53,561 nucleotides of DNA from a virus (lineage: Duplodnaviria; Caudoviricetes), in the IMG/VR virus record IMGVR_UViG_3300008120_000183, positions 1 to 53,561 of that record. The stretch is one strand, 5' to 3'. Both the position numbers and the translations under genes were made by a program. This document shows positions 48,836-53,561 of the stretch, one piece after another. Below the pieces are notes generated by a model. It was not told where the DNA came from. It saw nothing but the letters and a program-made list of their open reading frames with translations, and searched no databases. Numbering within the stretch: position 1 is the first letter of the stretch; each line of letters begins with the position of its first letter.

Positions 48836-49276
48836 ATGGATAACTTTGATTTAAAAAAATATTTACGAGAAGGAAAGTTATATGAGGCAGTTATGGCTTG
48901 TCCTATAGCTACTCAAGATTTAGAAGTAAATACTCGTAACAGAGATGCTGCTATTAAAGCAGATTATATAAAATATGGTCCCTTAAATATAGATGAACCT
49001 GGTGATTACTGGGAAGAATTAGCTAACTATTGGGATACAACCTTAGAAGCAGCCCAAAATTCGGTTTGTGGAAATTGTGTAGCTTTTGATATATCTCCTA
49101 GAATGGATAAATGTATGCCTGGGCCCGTTTCTGATGATAGCGGAAGATTAGGGTACTGTTGGATGCACAATTTTAAATGCCATTCTGCACGAAGCTGTAG
49201 AATATGGGCTAAAGGGGGCCCAATTACAAAAGATAGTATATCTTATGATTGGCAAAAACGTCAAGAAAGTAAATAA
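48836..49276 (+). CDS. Cys-rich protein with HiPIP-like motif spacing
   Basis: CGNC...GYC....FKCHSARSCRIW; leader MDNFDLKKYLRE. Confidence 0.6.
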   Translation: MDNFDLKKYLREGKLYEAVMACPIATQDLEVNTRNRDAAIKADYIKYGPLNIDEPGDYWEELANYWDTTLEAAQNSVCGNCVAFDISPRMDKCMPGPVSDDSGRLGYCWMHNFKCHSARSCRIWAKGGPITKDSISYDWQKRQESK

Positions 49277-50529
49277 TGGATATAATAGAAAAGTTTTTAA
49301 GACAGATTTCATATAAGTTTCCTAAAGGATATCCTGACATTACTAATGAACAGGATATGCTTATGTTAGAAGGAATACTAAAAAAGGTGGGAATTGAGTT
49401 ACAAGAAGCGCCTCAAATATCTTATGACCAATTAAAACCTGAAGCCCAAAAAGTTGCAGATGATGTTCTTCAATTATTAGGACTTAACAAGGACCAAATC
49501 AAAGGAACATCAGGCACTCAATTTATTATATACACAGATATTCCTAGAGAAATTTTAGTTCAAAAGGTAGAAGATTCTGGAAAGTTTGGTAGCAGAAGAG
49601 GAGATAGGGCGGATGCTAGAGGTAATTTTAAAGTAGGAAATGTAACTTTTTTATTTAAACCTTTAAAAACTAGCGGAGAATATTATAATTTAAAGCCTCA
49701 AAATATGGGAATTACTTTAGATAAGTATGTTCCTATTTCTCAAATTCAACAAGAACTTATAAAGGGAATACAAGCTAATAAACGTATAGATGATCTTCAA
49801 AAGAAATTTTTAACAGCTTTAGTAACTAAAGAAGATAATCTTTCACCTGAAGAAAAACAAACTATTTTTAAGGACGATAGATTTTATGGAGAATTTCTTA
49901 AAAATTTTGGTGAAATAATAGGTGCTATTGAATTTGGATTATCTAAAAATGCTAATGCTATATTTTTTCCGGGTAAAGGAAATTATCCTTTAATAGATTA
50001 TCTACTCAAGACGGATAGTGGCACAATTCAAGTAAGTGCTAAAACCCCTAAAGGACAAGGCAATACAGTAAAACTCCCAGACTTAATCCGTCTTATACAA
50101 GATACAGGAAATAAACCTGATCCTGACTTGTTAAAAATAAATGATATTATTAATAATAATACACTAAAAGTAGGTACTACTGAACTTATTAGGGCATATG
50201 GGGATTCAAATCTTAAATCAAAATTAGAAGATTTTATTACTAAATACCCGGATTACGCCGAAAGAAGATTAACTTCGGAGGAAACCGTAGAAAGATTAGA
50301 ATTAGAAAGAGAAATAGTAAAACAACTAAATTCTCAGTTTAGCCCTATGTTTACTAAAGCTTTTAATGATTATGTAGATGTTGTATATATAAAATATTTC
50401 CCTAACAAATCTACTTTAGAGCCTGAGTTTAAAGTTATTGATGAAGAAAATTTTAAAGTAAAACTTAGAACCAAAAATAGCCCGGGCCATGATAGTGATA
50501 AAATTGGGTTTGATGTATCTAAGGCTTAA
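49276..50529 (+). CDS. Hypothetical protein, possible PD-(D/E)XK fold
   Basis: NFGEIIG...NYPLIDY...QVSAK. Confidence 0.5.
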   Translation: MDIIEKFLRQISYKFPKGYPDITNEQDMLMLEGILKKVGIELQEAPQISYDQLKPEAQKVADDVLQLLGLNKDQIKGTSGTQFIIYTDIPREILVQKVEDSGKFGSRRGDRADARGNFKVGNVTFLFKPLKTSGEYYNLKPQNMGITLDKYVPISQIQQELIKGIQANKRIDDLQKKFLTALVTKEDNLSPEEKQTIFKDDRFYGEFLKNFGEIIGAIEFGLSKNANAIFFPGKGNYPLIDYLLKTDSGTIQVSAKTPKGQGNTVKLPDLIRLIQDTGNKPDPDLLKINDIINNNTLKVGTTELIRAYGDSNLKSKLEDFITKYPDYAERRLTSEETVERLELEREIVKQLNSQFSPMFTKAFNDYVDVVYIKYFPNKSTLEPEFKVIDEENFKVKLRTKNSPGHDSDKIGFDVSKA

Positions 50530-50543
50530 TAATATTTATTAAT

Positions 50544-51218
50544 ATGAAATTAAAACAATTTATCCAAGAAGCAATTCAAAGATACCAATTGTCTAAAAAA
50601 CCATGTTCTTGTGGGTGTGGTACTTGTGATGATACGGTAAATAAACTCGCACTACGCGAAAATAAAGTGCCTATAAGCGAAGACCTTCGTTACCACATCG
50701 AAAATGGCATTTCATTACAAGAAAATGTGTTTAGAATTGGATCTAAAAAATATTTACAACTTTTTGCTGAAGCTCGCTTACTTAATGAATGGGGGGTTCT
50801 TACCTTAGATGAAAATAGTCAATTTTTGATTGAAACAACAGACATAGGTAAATTTGGGATTTATGAAGGTAAAAAAGTACCACTTGATTTACCTATGGTT
50901 GATGAAGAAATTGATGAAGCTAAGAAAAAAACCCAGAAAAAAGACCCACCAGTGGGCAAACCAATGAGAGCATCTTCTGGAGGTAAAAAATTTAAAGTTT
51001 ATGTTAGAGATCCTAAAACAGGAAATATTAAAACAGTACGATTTGGGGCAAGTGGTTTAAGTGCCAAAATTAGAAACCCTAAAGCTAGAAATGCGTTTGC
51101 CAAAAGACACAGATGTGCTCAAGCCAAAGACAGAACAAAGGCTTCATATTGGAGCTGTAACCTTCCCAGATACGCCCCCGCTTTAGGTCTAGGCCCAAAA
51201 ATGAATACTTATTGGTAA
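50544..51218 (+). CDS. Modular protein with basic C-terminal domain (DUF6321-like)
   Basis: KKFKVYV...VRFG...ARNAFAKRHRC...ASYWSC. Confidence 0.6.
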   Translation: MKLKQFIQEAIQRYQLSKKPCSCGCGTCDDTVNKLALRENKVPISEDLRYHIENGISLQENVFRIGSKKYLQLFAEARLLNEWGVLTLDENSQFLIETTDIGKFGIYEGKKVPLDLPMVDEEIDEAKKKTQKKDPPVGKPMRASSGGKKFKVYVRDPKTGNIKTVRFGASGLSAKIRNPKARNAFAKRHRCAQAKDRTKASYWSCNLPRYAPALGLGPKMNTYW

Positions 51219-51264
51219 TGATTAAATTCATAGACATATAATAAGAAACCAAAAGTAATCTAAA

Positions 51265-51531
51265 ATGAGACCCTACCAGGAACAACTTATTGAAACTAAT
51301 GTAGTTATACGAGAATTTTTATCAGATACTGACCCCATGTCACTAGTATGGCATGAAGATCAAGAAGACAGAATAATAGAGGTTTTAGTTGGAAACGGAT
51401 GGAGATTTCAATACGATGAAGATCTTCCTTTTGAAATGATAACTGGAGACAGGTTTGAAATTCCTAGAGGATATCTACACAGAGTTATAAAAGGAAATGG
51501 AACTTTAAAAATTAAAATTATAAAAAAATGA
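51265..51531 (+). CDS. Small cupin-fold protein
   Basis: VWHEDQEDR...IPRGYLHRVIKG. Confidence 0.65.
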   Translation: MRPYQEQLIETNVVIREFLSDTDPMSLVWHEDQEDRIIEVLVGNGWRFQYDEDLPFEMITGDRFEIPRGYLHRVIKGNGTLKIKIIKK

Positions 51532-51701
51532 ATACACAAGAAATCTTTGAGCAAATTGATTATTTGTATGAAACATTTAAGATGGAACATGAAGGTAAAT
51601 CAAAAGCAGCTCATGGTCGTGCTAGAAAAGCATTAGGTGAATTAAAAAAATTAGTAACTGAGTACCGTAAAGCTTCTATTACTGAAGATAAAACTAAATA
51701 A
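51528..51701 (+). CDS. Histone H1-like (Hc1-type) small protein (57 aa, not in ORF track)
   Basis: KSKAAHGRARKALGELKKLVTEYRKAS. Confidence 0.7.
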   Translation: MNTQEIFEQIDYLYETFKMEHEGKSKAAHGRARKALGELKKLVTEYRKASITEDKTK

Positions 51702-51703
51702 AA

Positions 51704-51997
51704 ATGAAAGAATTAAACACATTTAGACAATTTCTCGCAGAAGGATCAGAATTAGGCCAAAAATTAGCTGCTGTTATTAGAGATGATGTGGGTCAAGGAG
51801 AAGGCGAAGAATACGATATGCTTCTTGCTGACTTTGCCACAGAAATAGAAAATGCTTCTGACAACACAGAAGCTTATAAATTACTAGTAAATTTGGCTGG
51901 TAAGATTGGAGAAATGACAGGGGAATGGAGCGCAGATACAAACTATTTAGATGCTGCATATATAGATCTTGAAGATTATGGGGTAAGCCCCGATTAA
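51704..51997 (+). CDS. Acidic protein with capsid-targeting-like leader
   Basis: MKELNTFRQFLAE. Confidence 0.65.
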   Translation: MKELNTFRQFLAEGSELGQKLAAVIRDDVGQGEGEEYDMLLADFATEIENASDNTEAYKLLVNLAGKIGEMTGEWSADTNYLDAAYIDLEDYGVSPD

Positions 51998-52026
51998 GAT
52001 TAATATCTTTAAAAAATAATAAAACA

Positions 52027-52076
52027 GGCCGATTCATAGCCGGTCGCTCGTAAGAGATAAAATATGGTAGCTGTGG
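52027..52076 (+). ncRNA. Candidate structured RNA (H-type pseudoknot)
   Basis: GGCCG/CGGTC stem, CTC-GTAA-GAG hairpin, loop TCATAGC complementary to GCTGTGG. Confidence 0.45.
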
Positions 52077-52101
52077 CACCCCTAAAAAGGTGCCACTTTT
52101 T
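52073..52101 (+). terminator. Intrinsic terminator
   Basis: GTGGCACC-8 nt-GGTGCCAC followed by T5. Confidence 0.85.
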
Positions 52102-52109
52102 ATTTTAAT

Positions 52110-52140
52110 TTGGACTTTTTAAAAAAAGTTATTATTTTTA
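52110..52140 (+). promoter_or_regulatory. Promoter TTGG-N19-TATTTTTA
   Basis: TTGG 52110, TA 52133; same spacing as the early modules. Confidence 0.55.
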
Positions 52141-52173
52141 GACAGAATAATTAATATAGTATTTTATTAAAAT

Positions 52174-53541
52174 ATGAATAAAAAAATTGTAATTGTAGGA
52201 GCTGGAGTAGCAGGTGTAAATGCCGCTACTAAATTAGTAGATAACGGTTATCCTGGTAATCTAATTACTATTATTGATATGGGTAAAGACCCACACAACC
52301 GCAAACCAGAAGAGGTAATGACTGGGTTTTTAGGTGCCGGTGGTTGGAGTGACGGTAAACTTACTTACCATACCGCTATTGGAGGGCAACTTTCTAAATA
52401 TTGTGGTGAAGAAAAAGCAATGGAATTGATGGATCAAGTTATTACTAACTTTAAACGCTTCCACCCTAAACCTGAAGAAGTACAATGTTCAAATCCTGAA
52501 GCAGAACCAGATTTCATTAAACCCTATTTTGGTCTACGTTTATTTCCTGTATGGCATGTTGGTACAGATTATCTTCATGAAATTGGCAAAAATTGGTATG
52601 ACTATTTAGTGTCTAAGGGTGTTATTTTTGGATGGGAAACTAAAATAGAAGACATTGACTTTAATAATAATATAGCCTACACCCATAATACCCATATAGA
52701 ATACGATGAGCTTATATTTGCTGTAGGTAAATCAGGTATTGACTTCGCTCAAGAATTAGCCAACCAATATAACCTTCCAGATGAACCAAAATCTGTTCAA
52801 ATTGGAGTAAGATTTGAAGCACCACAACACCACTTTCAAAAACTAATTGATATATCATATGATTTTAAACTATATAGAAAATTTGAAGATAAAGGTGTAT
52901 CACTTCGCTCATTTTGTACTAACAATAATGCGGCTTATGTGGCCCTAGAAGAAACATATGGTGATTATAGTTACAATGGCCACGCCAAAAAAGGTGAAGA
53001 TTACCGTAACAACATGACTAATTTTGGCATTTTGATGGAAATTCAAGGTATTGACGACCCATTTGAATGGTCTCGTAATTTAGTTTCTAAAGTAAATAAA
53101 ATTGATATTGTAGTGGGAGAAGGGGCAAAAGGAGGACAACGTGCTCAAGGTAGGTACCAAGCTAAATACAAAGCAGGTTATTATTATACTCCTAATCCTT
53201 CTAAATATAAATCCTTAACCTCTGAAGGAGATTGGGTACGAGGACATTATGCAACCCAAAACGACTATAATAAAATCAAAGAAGCATTCCAGGGTTATTT
53301 CCAATATATTGAAGATTTTATTGAAGACCTAAAAAAAATATTCCCTACCCTACAAGATGACTGGGGAATCTACATCCCAGAAGTAAAATATCTTTCTCCC
53401 GAACCTCTTGTAAATTATGAGGATTTATCACTTACTACATATCCTAATGTTCATTTTGTTGGGGATGCCTTAAGTGCACGAGGTATTACGGTGAGTGGTG
53501 CTCAAGGAACATATGTTGCTGAAAATATTTTGAAACAATGA
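52174..53541 (+). CDS. FAD-dependent oxidoreductase (uncharacterised dehydrogenase family)
   Basis: IVGAGVAG, GAGGWSDGKL, AVGKSG, GVRFE, RSFCTN, NGH, FVGDA. Confidence 0.88.
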   Translation: MNKKIVIVGAGVAGVNAATKLVDNGYPGNLITIIDMGKDPHNRKPEEVMTGFLGAGGWSDGKLTYHTAIGGQLSKYCGEEKAMELMDQVITNFKRFHPKPEEVQCSNPEAEPDFIKPYFGLRLFPVWHVGTDYLHEIGKNWYDYLVSKGVIFGWETKIEDIDFNNNIAYTHNTHIEYDELIFAVGKSGIDFAQELANQYNLPDEPKSVQIGVRFEAPQHHFQKLIDISYDFKLYRKFEDKGVSLRSFCTNNNAAYVALEETYGDYSYNGHAKKGEDYRNNMTNFGILMEIQGIDDPFEWSRNLVSKVNKIDIVVGEGAKGGQRAQGRYQAKYKAGYYYTPNPSKYKSLTSEGDWVRGHYATQNDYNKIKEAFQGYFQYIEDFIEDLKKIFPTLQDDWGIYIPEVKYLSPEPLVNYEDLSLTTYPNVHFVGDALSARGITVSGAQGTYVAENILKQ

Positions 53542-53561
53542 GTAATAATCAAAACGAATGG

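Noticed and set aside
6044-52079. All minus-strand ORFs, and nested plus-strand ORFs 10324, 14793, 15573 and 40703
   Set aside because: They overlap better-supported genes or regulatory DNA and show no motifs.
1-53561. Genome-wide stop-codon reassignment
   Set aside because: Code 11 gives dense full-length ORFs, and many genes end in TGA with ATGA coupling. Only one internal TGA was seen.

Overview
AT-rich fragment of a large T4-like (myovirus-type, probably jumbo) bacteriophage, with essentially all genes on the + strand. The host is very likely Bacteroidota: A-rich SD-less starts, TTGG-N19-TAnnTTT promoters, Gln at +1 after signal peptides and a T9SS-type C-terminal domain. Layout: sugar modification cluster (1-4.3 kb); HNH, GH16 and small genes; a secreted cassette of one lipoprotein and two M43 metalloproteases, all with dockerin-like repeats and one with a T9SS signal (7.9-11.1 kb); an early accessory region with repeated promoter modules carrying pho-box-like GTCAT-N6-GTCAT repeats and a GC-rich non-coding island (11-21 kb); three tRNAs; HD protein and gp55-like late sigma factor; baseplate/tail genes with several lesions and a 114-bp inverted duplication that are probably assembly artefacts (25.6-40.2 kb); GIY-YIG nuclease, primase and exonuclease; a block of putative internal head proteins with capsid-targeting-like leaders, including an 816-aa multidomain protein (42.4-52 kb); a pseudoknot/terminator RNA element; and an FAD oxidoreductase. 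All calls come from motif recognition by eye; no searches were run.
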